From Octopus sinensis (taxonomy: Eukaryota), in contig NC_043010.1 of NCBI RefSeq assembly GCF_006345805.1, positions 36,456,001 to 36,520,000 of the forward strand: DNA of 64,000 bases, written 5' to 3'. The notes under the pieces were generated by a model. It saw nothing but the letters and a program-made list of their open reading frames with translations, was not told the origin of the DNA and made no database searches. Positions within the stretch are counted from its first letter, which is position 1, and each line of letters begins with the position of its first letter. Below are positions 40,106 to 53,632 of the stretch, piece after piece. Made by a program: the position numbers and the translations under genes.

Positions 40106-40137
40106 GTGTGTGTATGTGTGTATGTGTGTGTGTGTAC

Positions 40138-40176
<39 letters not shown>

Positions 40177-40910
40177 CTTTTTTCTTTTTGCTTGTCCTGT
40201 TCCTTGGTTTGTGTCTAAGTTTTTCGTCTCTCTATGTGTTCGACGTCTATTTGGTGTCCTGTACACTATATGCGTGTATATGTACATGTAGAGGTAGGTA
40301 CGTACATATATGTTTAATATTATATGCATATGTTCTATTTTATTAATCAATATATATATATATTATATATATATATATATATACATATACACATATACTG
40401 ATATATATATATAATACACACACACACGCATTTTACTCATTCAGTATAGTCTGCTGCGTTTTCTTACCAATGAAATAGAAATTCAAATATCGTACAATGA
40501 AAAAAACTATATATGTATATTATTTTTTTCTTCTTTACTTTATAAAAAACTTTTTTTTTTAAATAACCAGCGGTGAAACGAAGTATTAATAATCGAACAC
40601 TCTATCTCCAGTGCCGAATCCCTCATCACCCACATCACGGAAAGAAATTCAAAGATAATACAGTCGCAGAAAATACTGAATTATTTAAGAGGCATGGCTC
40701 ATAATGTGTGTAGTTTCTAAGAGTAATTTTTTTATTTTCCTCTCCAGATTTGATTTAATGTTATCATTACTGAAGTTTGTTTTCTGATTCTATTTCAAAA
40801 GTTAACTTTGATTTGCTTAGGTGTTTTTTTTGTTTTTTGTTTTTTGTAAGTGCATATACTAAGTAATTCTTGGACTCTCTTTTATATTGTTCATAGCAAT
40901 CTACGTATTT

Positions 40911-41223
40911 AAAACGATAAACGTCGCCTTTTTCAAGCCTAGCCAGGATCATGGGCCCAGTTTCCCGGTTTCTGTGGCGTATGTGTTCCCCCCCCCCCCA
41001 GCTGCACTGAATGCCAGCCCATCGCAGCGTTACTCAAGAGAGAGTGAAAGAAAGTTGTGGCGGAAGAGTACAACAGAGGTCGTCATTTCCTCCTGCAGGA
41101 GCTTCGTGGAGCTTCTAGGTGTTTTTGCTCAATAAACACACACAACACTCGGTCTGGGAATCGAAACCGCGATCCTCCGACCGCGAGTCCGCTGCTCTAA
41201 ACACTGGGCCATTGCACCTCCAC
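40911..41223 (-). mobile_element. tRNA-derived SINE (family C head, different 3' body)
   Basis: Head GTGGAGGTGCAATGGCCCAGTG...GGTTTCGATTCCC; 13-bp TSD AATCTACGTATTT at 40898-40910 and 41224-41236. Confidence 0.88.
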
Positions 41224-42328
41224 AATCTACGTATTTGCTATTGTATTTTACGAATAAAAATTTAAAACTTTATTCAGTGTACGCAATTGAAAGAGTTAAA
41301 CTGAAATAGTCATATATGAATCATACTTTATTTCAAAAAATTTTGCCATAAAGGCATGATACAGAGTAGCTTGTGGGCTGGACAACGACGTTGATGAGGT
41401 GAATGATGATAAGGATGATATTAATGGGAGAAGACAAAAAACGCCGCCTATTTTCTGCTTCTCTAAAACATTATACTCTTCTCTTTTTCCACAGAAAAAT
41501 ACAAAATGAGGTAATGAACCTCTTACTTCAGTTTTACAAATTTTGGGACTTATAATCCATTTAAGAATTGGGGCGTTAAGCCTCTTAAACACAATAACAT
41601 GCAATAAACGTTAAACATTATAACACTGAGGCTTTTCCAGCTCTTGTCATTATTCCTCCCCATCATCGCTTGTGCCCGTATACTCCACCATCTCCCACGC
41701 CTCATTCAAGACCAAGGCGGGATCCGAGCCGGTGTCGCCCGGCCACAAGCGATATTCCTCGTTGAGTTCCTGCAGCCTAAACTCCACAGACATCGTTATG
41801 ACCACCACAGCTATCTGCGGAGGCCATTCGGGATCCTGCGTGAAAGTTAAAGGTACTCTGTATTTGAATCATACTTAATGTGTATAAACCGCTAGCTGTA
41901 CTTAATTGTTATTTTTCGTTTTTCTGACATAGAGAAAAATGCCCTCAATGATATGCTGTGTACGAAACATGATATATAAGGGACCGAGAAAAACAGCGCC
42001 GCTGCAGCGTTTCACAGGATTGACTGCTGATGCTGCTGGGATGGCATTCATTTCACTTTGATTTATATTATTTTTGCAACACAACATGCCTCTGAAGGGT
42101 TTTTTTTCTCTTAGACAGCGACCACAGCATCAGGCCTGTCAGCAGTTCTCCATTCAGTATAAAGCATTGATAGTTTTTTTTTTTTTAATCTCATATCGTT
42201 TCAATGCTGTAAATTGTATTTTTATTCAGCTCGGTACTCTTCCGCTGTATCAGTGAATATATTATTCACTGTTTACTATATATCGAAAACTACGAATTTT
42301 TTTTTACAAAGAAGTGATTGTTAAGTGT

Positions 42329-42371
42329 ACGTCATTGACAAGGTCCAAGCAGGCCAAAACGCGTTTGACGT
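42329..42371 (+). ncRNA. Minimal hammerhead ribozyme, U3-A8 variant, with G12A (likely inactive)
   Basis: acguca UUGACAA gguc-caagca-ggcc AAAA cgcg UU ugacgu. Confidence 0.7.
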
Positions 42372-42629
42372 TCTTGTAGGTTTCTGCTGGTAGGACGGTC
42401 ATCTCACTACAATACATATTATGCTTTTAACACTGCATATCAATGGAAAGATTTTCTCTAAAACAAAATCTACAGCAGTACGACGTTCAGTGGTGTATAT
42501 ACGTACATGAGAAACTAAAAATCTTCATGTTTAATGATATATTTACTCTGCTGTTAAAAAGCGATGACGATATGAAGGTAGGAGAGTCCAGTTTGCTGGA
42601 CATTGTTGTAGAGCTGAAAAAGAAGTAAT

Positions 42630-42821
42630 TTCTACTCTTCTCCTCTGGAAGCCATCTACTCGCAATACCAGAGGGCGCACACTCTCCTACCCTGATGTAA
42701 TCTCCAGGGATACAGGCATCCATCAACAGGACCTCCGTAATGCCATGATGGACCGTGAAGTCTGGCGTAGCATGGTAAATTCCATTGTCTCGACCACGGT
42801 CGAACAATGATGATGATGATG
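42630..42821 (+). mobile_element. RTE-type LINE 3' end
   Basis: Translates to STLLLWKPSTRNTRGRTLSYPDVISRDTGIHQQDLRNAMMDREVWRSMV; (TGA)n tail. Confidence 0.8.
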
Positions 42822-43324
42822 AATTTACAGTAATTGAAAAATATAGATCTAATCATTTGTTTAAACTCTATATTTACACGTTGTGAAACCTGCCTCCACC
42901 GATTGCTCTAAAAATACTGCGGGTCTAACAAGACAGGGAGTGACACGGAATAGGTAGACGAAAGAGCGTGGGAAGTGTGAGGACATATTCAAAAATCAAA
43001 ATGGCTGAACTGTCTGGAATAAAATAAAAAGTATCAAAAATTTTTAAGAAAATCATCGCAGAGACCTCGAGGCAATTGACTTGATTACAAAAAGGCACTT
43101 GACACTATTCCTCTTTCATAATTGCTTGCACCAATACATTCGGTCAAAGTACCTGCTGTCCTAATTGCTGACCGGCTGACCAATATTTCGCATGGAACTA
43201 AAAGCATAGCAATCGCTATAAATATATGGGAAGAAATATTCTTAAAGAGACATACATTTTGTGCTTCAGTTCATGTTGGCAACGAGATCTACTGTGGTTT
43301 CTTTTATGATACATTCACACATAC

Positions 43325-43389
<65 letters not shown>

Positions 43390-43690
43390 CGTGAGTGTGT
43401 GTGTGTGTGTGTGTGTGTATGTATATATATATATATATAAAGCATGAACGTAATCTATGGGTTTTGCGATAAATTTCGAAAAGACTTACTTTAGAAAAAT
43501 CTACAAAGCAGGATTTACAAATAACCTTTTGGAAAATTGTTAACTTTTTTGCTTTCCATTCTTACGGTACGGATAAAATAAATTCTAGTTAAGTACTGGG
43601 CTCTATGTAATGGATTGTAATCTCCCATAACGCAAAATGTGTAAGATTACAGAGGTAGTTATTATTATTATTATATTATTATTATTATTA

Positions 43691-43729
<39 letters not shown>

Positions 43730-43732
<3 letters not shown>

Positions 43733-44140
43733 GGCAGTTAGCTGACTGTGTCGCTACCGCTCCGAGCAAAATGCTTAGCGGAATTTCGTCCGCTTTAACG
43801 TTCCGTGTTCAAATTCCACCGAGGTCGACTTTGGTTTTTCATCCTTTCGGGGTCGATAAAATAAGTACTAGTCAAGCTCTCTGCATTGATGTAATCGATT
43901 TCCCCACTATCCCGAAATTGCTGGCTCTGTGCTAAAATTTGAAACCCTTATTATAATTACTGTTAAGTCGGCGAGCTGGAAGAACCGTTAGCAAGCCGAA
44001 CAAAATGCTTAGCAATGTTTCTTCCGACACTTCACGTTCTGAGTTCAAATCCCGCCGAGTTCAACTTCGGTAGGAATTGAACTCAGAAAAGCATATAGAA
44101 TTCTATTTGACGCTTTAACAAATCAACTAATACACCGCCG
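43730..44140. mobile_element. SINE family A copies, including a plus/minus fusion at about 44037-44088
   Basis: Core matches; TTCTGAGTTCAA.../...TTGAACTCAGAA inverted. Confidence 0.7.
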
Positions 44141-44397
44141 TCGACTGAGATCAATAAATGTATGTCTTCTTTAAAAATTATTTTAAACGAGGGGGAGGCA
44201 GTATAGTCGGTAGAGCGTCTGACAAAATACCCTGAAGTACTTCGTAACTTTTTGAGTATAAATCCCGCTATATTTACCTAACCTTACAGCGTTTTGATGA
44301 AAGATCGATAATATTTATCGACAGTCAGTGAGTGGAATCGATTCAGTCACTTAACCCTTCTCTATCAAATTTTAGCCTTTTTGCCTATTCTCTAGTC

Positions 44398-44601
44398 TTT
44401 TTACTCTTTCACTTGAGTGTGGCCATGCTGGAGCACCGCCTTTAGTCGAGCAAATCGACCCCAGAACATATTCTTTGTAAGCCTAGTACTTATTCTATCG
44501 GTTCTCTTTTGCCGGACCGCGAAGTTACGGATGTGGGGGGGGGGACAACACAGACACAGAAACATATACACACACATACATACATACATATATATATATA
44601 T

Positions 44602-44643
<42 letters not shown>

Positions 44644-45030
44644 GACGGCTTCTTTCTGTTTCCGTCTACCAAATCCACTTACAGGGCTTTGGTCGGCCGG
44701 AGGTTATTGTAGAAGACACTTACCCAAGGTGCCACGCAGTGGGACTGAACTCGGAACCATGTGGCTGGTAAGCAAGCTACTTACCACACAGTCACTCCTA
44801 CGCCTACGTTTATCTTTTTTCCGTTATCGTTTACATTTTTACTAGTTTGTCATTAGACTGCGGCCATGCTGGAGCATCCCTTTGGAGAACTTTGACCGAA
44901 TGAGTCGAACCCCAGCACTTTTAAAGCTAAGTACTAAATTTATTGTTCTCTTTTTCCGAAGCGCTAAGTTATGGGGATGTAAACGCGCCAACATCGGTTA
45001 TCCAGCGGAGATGGGGCAAAACATAGACAC
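44398..45030 (-). mobile_element. SINE family B full copy (44398-44803) plus an extra 3' half
   Basis: Reverse complement of family B. Confidence 0.85.
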
Positions 45031-45120
45031 ATGCCCCCCCCCCCCCATATATATACATACATAATACATATATATATACATATATATAATATATACATAT
45101 ATATATATATACATATATAC

Positions 45121-45155
<35 letters not shown>

Positions 45156-45287
45156 GATATATATATATATATATATATATAAATATATATATATAAGATT
45201 CTGAACCTTCAGAATTTTAATATGCTAGACCACTGGTGTTAAATGATTTGAATTAAATTAATATCCATTTCTCACCCTCATTTTAAA

Positions 45288-45371
<84 letters not shown>

Positions 45372-45909
45372 GGAACAAGGACCGTAACAGGCGACAACTA
45401 AACATCCCGACAGTAGACGATAAAAGGACAGAAAATAACTAGGACGGGTCATTCGCTGCTTCCTATCCTCAGTCGAGTTCCATACTGTCATTGGAGTTTC
45501 GACCGGTTACACTCGAGTCTCTCGTGCAGACTTAAAGTAACCGGTAGAGTGGTTACACAAAACACCATGCAGTATTTGAGTGGGATTCTTTACGTCCTCA
45601 GTACATATTCCGTCAAGGTCGGCTTTGTTTTTATTTTTATAATATCGATAAAAATGTACTCGTTAAGTGCTCGGTTATCGATATTATTGACTGTGCCGCT
45701 ACCCACAAAACTGTGGCCTCGTATTTTATCAGAAATCAATGTTTTCAACATTTTTGTAGCTTTAATTTTATTGAATGTTTAATCGATACAAACTTGTGAA
45801 TTACCATGTGCCTGAAGTGCTGTTAATTTTATATTTTGATTTTAGAAAAGTCTGCGTCGTACTGACTACGGTAGAATAAAAACTATGCCACGTGTCTTGT
45901 GGTGTCATT

Positions 45910-46220
45910 TTCTTTTCTATTCTAGGCACAAGGACTGAAATTTTGGGAAAGGGGGGGGCCAGTCGATTAGATCGAACCAGTACACGACTGGTACTTAATT
46001 TATCGACCCTGAAACAATGAAAGGGAAAGTCGACCTCGGCGGAATTTGAACTCAGAACGTAACGGCAGACGAAATACCTATATCTTTACTACCCACAAGG
46101 GGCTAAACACAGAGAGGACAAACAAGGACAGACAAACGCATCAAGTCGATTACATCGACCCAGTGCGTAACTGGTATTTAATTTATCGACCCCGAAAGGA
46201 TGAAAGGCAAAATCGACGTT
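45910..46220 (-). mobile_element. SINE family A dimer (head truncated)
   Basis: Junction GAAATACCTATATC at 46071-46084. Confidence 0.8.
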
Positions 46221-46702
46221 TATGTAATTCACCCAGCTCACAAAAATGAATAATCCAGCGACGGTCCAGCGTATCATCCAGGTGGAGAATATATACGTCA
46301 CAGATCCGGAAAACTGGCTTTATGAGCATATGGCTCGCAAAGAGCCTTTGATTTTCTTTTTTTTTTTTGGTTTCTGTTTTCAGTCTTCACTCCCAAACGC
46401 TAATATCTCTATTGCCAAGGTTTTTTTTAAAAATTTGTATTAGGCATGAAGATAAATTTTCAGTAATAATAATTTTGATTTCATATTTTAACACATGGCC
46501 AACACTCTGGGTGAGTGGTAGGTCGATTTCATTGTCCCAACTACTCTACTGGTATTAATTTTATTGACCCCGAAAGGAAGAAAGATAAAGTCGACTTCGG
46601 TAGAACTTAAACTCAGACGTTAGGACTGACGAAAAGCCGCTAATCCTTTTGCTGCATTACTTTCTGTAATAACATTGACACAATAACAACTTCACATATA
46701 TA

Positions 46703-47215
46703 TCTATATATATAAAACTGTAGTTGTGTGAGTGTCTGTCCCCTTCGATTTAGATTCCTAACTACTCCCACATTTTGCGGTGCAGTTTAACCAAATTCGG
46801 GTATCTTATAGTCGTGATTCATATCGAGCCCGTCTGAGTATTAGCGCGCGTCTACGATGAGTCTACGATTTTAAAAATAATTTAACATCATTTTTTATTC
46901 CATTTTAATGCATAAGTTTTCGTGTGTCGATGGCGGCGGAGTTGGCGTCCACGGTCACACCTGCAGCTGTTTGCTTCTCCCCTTTCTTCCCTCCCTCGTG
47001 AAGCTGTGGGGAAGGGAGTGTAAGGAAATCAACGTCGTAAAGCGTTGTCAAGGAGACCAGCGTTCTTTTAGAACAACGACTTCATGGCTTGAAGACACCA
47101 AAACAGAAATGGCTAAGAAAGCCCGAATTGGCATCTATAAGGGAAGTAACTCTCTAAAAATGCTTATATAGTTATTTCCCTTACAAACCCGAGCAACGCC
47201 GGGCGATACTGCTAG
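46703..47215 (+). mobile_element. Non-autonomous Helitron, copy 1
   Basis: 5' TC, subterminal hairpin CCCGAGCAACGCCGGG, 3' CTAG, inserted between A and T; near-identical copy at 60657. Confidence 0.9.
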
Positions 47216-47335
47216 TATATGTATATATCTTTTAACTTTTACTTCTTTCAGTCATTGGACTAGGTGCACGCAGGGGCACAGGGCCAACTTATACCTTGAG
47301 AATGAATTCTCTTGTCATATATCTATCTATCTATC

Positions 47336-47403
<68 letters not shown>

Positions 47404-47547
47404 GTCTACCTGTCTGTCTATCTATCTGTGTATCCATCTATACATACATACATGCATACATATATATACATACACATATACACGCACACACACACATATT
47501 ATATATATATGCATACGTATTATATATATATATACATATATATGTAT

Positions 47548-47823
47548 AACCCCATCAAGCTTCCTTGGTGAGGAGGGTGTTTATTGGACATCCTGCGGGA
47601 TGAAAAACAAAACCCGTCAAAGGGCGGAGGAACTCTTGAGAGTCAACGGCCATCCAATAAATGTCTTAAGGATGTATCATGCGCGGGGACATAGAAATAA
47701 TCGGACTGAATACCCGATCGCATTTCCTCACTTTAAAAAAAATCTTCTTGCACAGGCATTGCACAATAACAACATTGATTAAGCTTCGTGCGATGGCCAT
47801 ACACGATACGAGGGGGCAGCCAC

Positions 47824-47826
<3 letters not shown>
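47548..47826 (+). mobile_element. TA-embedded GC-richer structured repeat fragment, possibly a non-LTR retroelement UTR
   Basis: Flanked by (TA)n; TTTATTGGA/TCCAATAAA closes three short hairpins. Confidence 0.4.
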
Positions 47827-47857
<31 letters not shown>

Positions 47858-48011
47858 TATTATATATATTATATATATAATATAATATATATATTATATA
47901 TATATACTATATAATATATATATATACATGTATTATACACATACACGTATACACGTATATATATATATAATATATATATATATGTATTGTGTGTGTGTTG
48001 TATATTATATA

Positions 48012-48180
48012 TTCGGCCAGAGTTCTTTCGTCACACTCCTGTGACCGCATCAGTGGTCCTTTGTTTTCTTCTTTCTTATTTGTGTCTCTCCTTACTAACC
48101 GCCAGAAAGAACTCTGGCCGAAATAAGATTAAGATTAATGTAAAAAATAAATAACACTGAAGCAATGTAACACCAAATAT
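48012..48180. mobile_element. Short PLE-like element with 18-bp inverted repeat and a minus-strand HHR-like motif (48015-48059)
   Basis: TTCGGCCAGAGTTCTTTC / GAAAGAACTCTGGCCGAA; minus strand reads cca CUGAUGCG gucaca-ggag-ugugac GAAA gaac UC ugg. Confidence 0.6.
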
Positions 48181-48309
48181 ATAGTGCGTGTGATTTTATT
48201 GGCTAAACTGGCAAAAATTACGATTCCGAAATATAACGATATCTGTTTCAACACACGACTTCACATAAAAAATCTTGCACAACAAATATATAAACGTACT
48301 GTATATATA

Positions 48310-48705
48310 CTCTTTTACTCTTTTACTTGTTTCAGTCATTTGATTGCGGCCATGCTGGAGCACCGCCTTTAGTCGAGCAACTCGACCCCGGGACTTATTC
48401 TTTGTAAGCCCAGTACTTAGTCTATGGGTCTCTTTTTGCCGAACCGCTAAGTGACGGGGACATAAACACACCAGCATCGGTTGTCAAGCAATGCTAGGGA
48501 GACAAACACAGACACACAAACACACACACATGCATATATATATATACGACGGGCTTCTTTCAGTTTCCCTCTATCAAATCCACTCACAAGGCTTTGGTCG
48601 GCCCGAGGCTATAGTAGAAGACACTTGCCCAAGGTGCCACGCAGTGGGACTGAACCCGGAACTATGTTGGTTGGTAACAAGCTACTTACCACACAGCCAC
48701 TCCTG

Positions 48706-48773
<68 letters not shown>

Positions 48774-48797
48774 TTACCACACAGCCACTCCTGCGTA
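48310..48797 (-). mobile_element. SINE family B, full length, head partly duplicated
   Basis: TACTTACCACACAGCCACTCCTGC occurs twice around a (TA)n run. Confidence 0.88.
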
Positions 48798-49198
48798 TAT
48801 ATATACATATACGCATTTACATGTCTATAGTATCTTATATACATGTGTGCATGTATGCACATGTGTATGTATGTGTGTCTTTGTGTTTCTCGCCATAGCA
48901 CGCGACAATCAGTTTACGCCCTCCTATTTAGTGGTTCGGCAAAAAGATATTGATAGAACAAACACCAGAGATGAGCCAAAATGTAAGTGCCGTGATCGAT
49001 TTTCCCGGCGAAAACCTAAAATGGCCGCTGTCCAATGACGGAAACAAATAAAAGAATAACAAAATTCAAAATAACAGAGAAATACAATAAGCTGGCTTTG
49101 TATCTTAGTAAACGAGGTTAAAGTGATGGACGACGTGTTTGCTGTTTCCAGTGTACAGGTAATCTATTTAGCATTCAGCAACTGAAGATGTGGGTGTA

Positions 49199-49283
<85 letters not shown>

Positions 49284-49429
49284 CATATAATATTTTATAT
49301 GTATATATATATATATATATATCTATATATATATATATATATATTTGTATGTATATATATATAATACACACACATATATATACATTCATACATATAAATA
49401 TATACACACAAACATATATATATATATAT

Positions 49430-49507
<78 letters not shown>

Positions 49508-50631
49508 TAGACAGACAGATACAGAAATACATTCATATAAACATGAATGCATACATACATGCCTACACGTATGCATACATAAATTTCTCAGTCTAATATT
49601 GCCCCAAACAAGATCGAAGTTCTTGCTTTTGTTATCTAAGATTTCTTCAGAAACAATTCATTTATAATTAAATAGAAAAGTTATGAAGATGGTAAAGATG
49701 GCAGCGATAACCGTCACTGTGTGTGTGATCTGTAGTGGCATCTGGTGTGTTGAAACGAGTTTGCTTATGGGTTTGTATAACAGGCAACACGTCTATTAAT
49801 GTTTTTGGTCTGCTAGTGTATGTATGCGTGTGCGAGTTTGTGTATGTATGTGTCTGTATGTATGTAGGTGAGCGTGAGTGTGTTTATCTACTTATCTTGA
49901 GAAGGAAAAGAAACACAGGCTTATTTTTTAACCTTTATGACATATTAATTCTGGATAATACTTGATTCTTAAGATTTTCTTTCCTTATTCGGAGTTGATT
50001 GTAATTACCACTTGGTGTTTGTTTACTTACTTCGGAAGCTTAGATGTTTTCAGTAAAACCGAATCTTACCTCGTATGCTATGAAGAATTTATTTAGTAAC
50101 ATATAAAATATATATATCTTTCAAGTGTGCGTGTGTACCTATACGCATGTGTGTGTTTTTATGGTGTGTTTATGAATGTATATGAACACGGGTATTTGAA
50201 AAGCTGAAAACAGGAGAAAGCTTTTACACAAAATAATTACTTCATTTTTTAAAAGTATTTTTTAATATGTTAAATCACATCGAAGGCTGTTAGAATTGTT
50301 AGAATCACGCAGAGGAAAATGTTTAGCGGCGTTTCGTCCATTTTTACGATCGGAGTCCAATTTCCACCGAAGTCGACATTGTCTTTCATCCTTTCGGGAT
50401 CGACAGAATAAGTACCAGTTCATCACTGGGGTCGATGTAATCGACGTACTCCCTCCCTTGAAACTGCTGGCATTGTACCGAAATTTGAAACCAATATATT
50501 AAACAACATTAGATTTAAGACCTCTCTTCAAATTTTGTGACTGTATCAAGGATATTTCCTGAAAACATAAAAAAAAATATGTGCGTGAGTGTGTGTGTTT
50601 GTTTGTTTGTTTGTTTGTGTGTGTGTGTGTG

Positions 50632-50694
<63 letters not shown>

Positions 50695-52449
50695 TGTGTG
50701 TGCATTGAAATAGTGAAAATCATCGCTGCTGATGAAAGAAGACTGTGCACATCCTTTCTTCGTGGGATTGAAGAAAAGAAAACAAGAAATCTCCTTTCAG
50801 ATCATTTTACGCGTTAATCACTGCTTCTCAGAGAAGACATAATCGGCTTCTTTCCCCATTCTACAGTATAGACCATTCAGATACTAAATATAAGCAAATC
50901 ATAAATCTGATTACTGCTACGTTGGTAGATCACCCAAATCTGCAGATCTGGGCTTTTAACGACTTGTCATTAAGTATATAGTATCTATTTTATGAATAAC
51001 ACAGCGTAAACCAGCAGAAGGGAAATATATTTAAATATTAAAATGCTTCGCAGAAAACGAAATAAGTTTGTAAACATATACTTTCTATGCCATTAATGTG
51101 AAGAAGAAAAGAGAAAGCAGTTGTCACCTGATGGACCGTTTCACAATTTCTCGATAACTCCTCAGAGAATATGTACTCGGCTTCCTAACTCCTTTAATAG
51201 CATTTACGATTGCTTGTATACAGTAGCCGCAAATTATGCTAGAATCATAGTTTATCTCCACATCTGTGTTTATGTTACTTTCATATTATCATTTTCTGCG
51301 CCGTGTGCAAATGGTCTGACACATAGAGATTGACGAAAAATAATCTTTAAAAAAATTAAGCGAATCTGGCTTAAGTCTGCTACAGATTCATCTGATGATA
51401 CCTATGTATTTAATTTCCAGCTAAAATACCAGTATGGAAAAACATAATAAACAAAATGTGAAACAGAGGGCACACCACAAAGCTAAAACATCTTTCCACT
51501 TGCTTTTTTACTTTCCGTTTTTTTCTTACCTTTCACCTTCCATCTCTCTCGACGAAGGGAATACGTCCGAAACGTCTACGTAACATTGCCTTCGTCTTAC
51601 AGAGATTTTAATAACATGACTTTACACATTATCCATTTCGTTATTGTTTTATATTTAATTTTCTACATTTTTATTATTGCTGTGATGCCTGGTTATTATT
51701 TACTTGACTAAAATAGGCACCTGAGTGAAAACAATACTGTGGTAGACACCATGGACAAACACGTGCGAAGCCATGCTCCTGCCTGGCAGCACGCCCAATG
51801 ACTGAAACTATTTAACTTTATAGAGTACGTGTACACATAACCCACCATTCACACACACATGCATTCATAAATACATATATACATACACAAACGACATATA
51901 CATGCAGACGTGTATAATATATATATATATATATATATACATATTTATACACGCGCACATACACACGCATATATATATATATATATAAAATATTTACTCG
52001 TGTATAAATCACATCCCTAATTTAATGTTAAATCTTAGTACAAAATCTTTTGGTCTTCATATTCAAATTTGATATCATAACTGACAACGTTAATTACTTT
52101 TGCTTGAGTCAACAAAACAAGCGTCCATGTTGAAACAAATTTATTCACATACAAAACTAAATCATAAACAATACTATGGAAAATAATTATTAGTAATATT
52201 GAAAACAAACAATGAAATAAAATTACGTAACGCAAGTTACAACTAGAAAACAAGGAAAAATCGCATGAAAATATAAAAACTAAATACCAAATAAAACTAT
52301 ATAAAATTACATTAAAACTCAAATTAAAATCAGGAAAATATTAATTACAATTCACATCAAATATCAATTAAAACCAATTAAAATTCTGGAAGAATGGTAT
52401 CTTCATCACTGTGACCCTCAAAGTTCATCCCTTCTCTCTAATTGCCTCG

Positions 52450-53632
52450 GTTATGTCTCATCTTGGAGTAAAAGTGTCCGTTTCCTCCAAGTCGTCATTT
52501 TGGCTTTCGTAGTCCTCCCAAAAGACAGTCATCCTCTGTTGCATCCATCTTGGTAGATATTTCTATATTAAGAAATATTCTATTGAGCATCTGACACAGA
52601 ATGTCACCCCACCTACGTAATAATCCACGAAGTTAACAATGATAAACTTGGTTTTTTTAAGTTGTTTCCCTTGGTCAATTCTTCCTTGTCTAAAGCCATC
52701 CAGATCTTCCATTTCTGGCACTATACTCTGTCTTTAGATGGCTTGTAAATCATGACATCTAAGGGATTTAACAAGGATATAAGTCCTCCTGGTATTACTG
52801 CCTGGACTGAGTTAATTTTGTTCACTTTCTGTTGTTTATTCTGTCTCTTATGATCACGAAAGTGGTCCAATATTAGCTGAGCTTTGTACTTTAGAAGTTC
52901 TATACTTTAGTGAACCAGATTACTAAACCCTTTTCATTCACTCAGCACTTAGGATGTTAGTCTACTCTTGCCCCAGGTGCTAGCCTCTTTCACTTTCCTA
53001 TTGTTCCCTCTTGAATATCACAATTGATTTTAGTTTGTTTCCATTAGCATTACATCCAAGCACTATTGAGAAATGTGTCCTCTCATGTCCTGTTGTACAT
53101 AGTAGTATAGTTTTCTTTCCTCAAGTATCAATTGTTCGGTTTCCAAGTAGATCAAAGAACATAGGACTTTCGCCCGTATTCTCTCCCTGGCTAAGTACAA
53201 AATCAAACTTTTTCATTTACTTGACGATAAAAGTATGGAAGACAGTTATCTTGTCATTAAAGTCAGGGAGTATTTTCTGATAGACCTTTGTTTTTTTTCT
53301 TTCTATCGTTGACTGAATCGATGTCTTTTCATAGATATCTATACCCTTCCGTTCCAAAGTTTGAATGAAAGATCTGTTGGTAGCGTTTTGACGAATCTGC
53401 AGCAAAGTCAGAATAAAATTATCGCCCTTTTGGTTTGTAATCCAGTCTCCTGGTTGCTTCTCCATATCCAGATAGTGAACTTCTTTTCTTCGGCACATAT
53501 GAATTTGGGCATTTATAGTAGAGCTTACTTTTGCTTTCGCCAATCTCTTAAAACACCCTTTCAGCAGCTCTGTTACTATTCAACTCAGCAAGATTATAAC
53601 CTGAAGCTTAACAGCAGTATTATATAAGCATG
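52450..53632 (-). pseudogene. pogo-family (POGK/Passer-like) transposase relic
   Basis: Minus-strand frames give AELNSNRAAER..RDWRKQK, TKVYQKILPDFNDKI, ESPMFFDLLGNRTI..GKKTI..TTGHERTHFSIVLGCNANGNKL..IVIFKR, ILDHFRDH, VIPGGLISLLNPLDV. Confidence 0.85.

Noticed and set aside
45440-45546. Minus-strand GAAA...CUGAGGA as a type II HHR, with an ACCGGTTAC hairpin
   Set aside because: Stems I and III cannot be formed convincingly.
46908-47171. Duplicated 87/101-aa ORF (also 60859-61164) as a gene
   Set aside because: Lies inside the non-autonomous Helitron; no Rep/helicase motif, and the copies differ by a frameshift.
51385-51590. Two HHR-like remnants (CTGATGA at 51392; CGACGA..TCCGAAACGTCTACGTA at about 51550)
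   Set aside because: Stem I and core spacing are too degenerate to call, though they are probably decayed PLE motifs.
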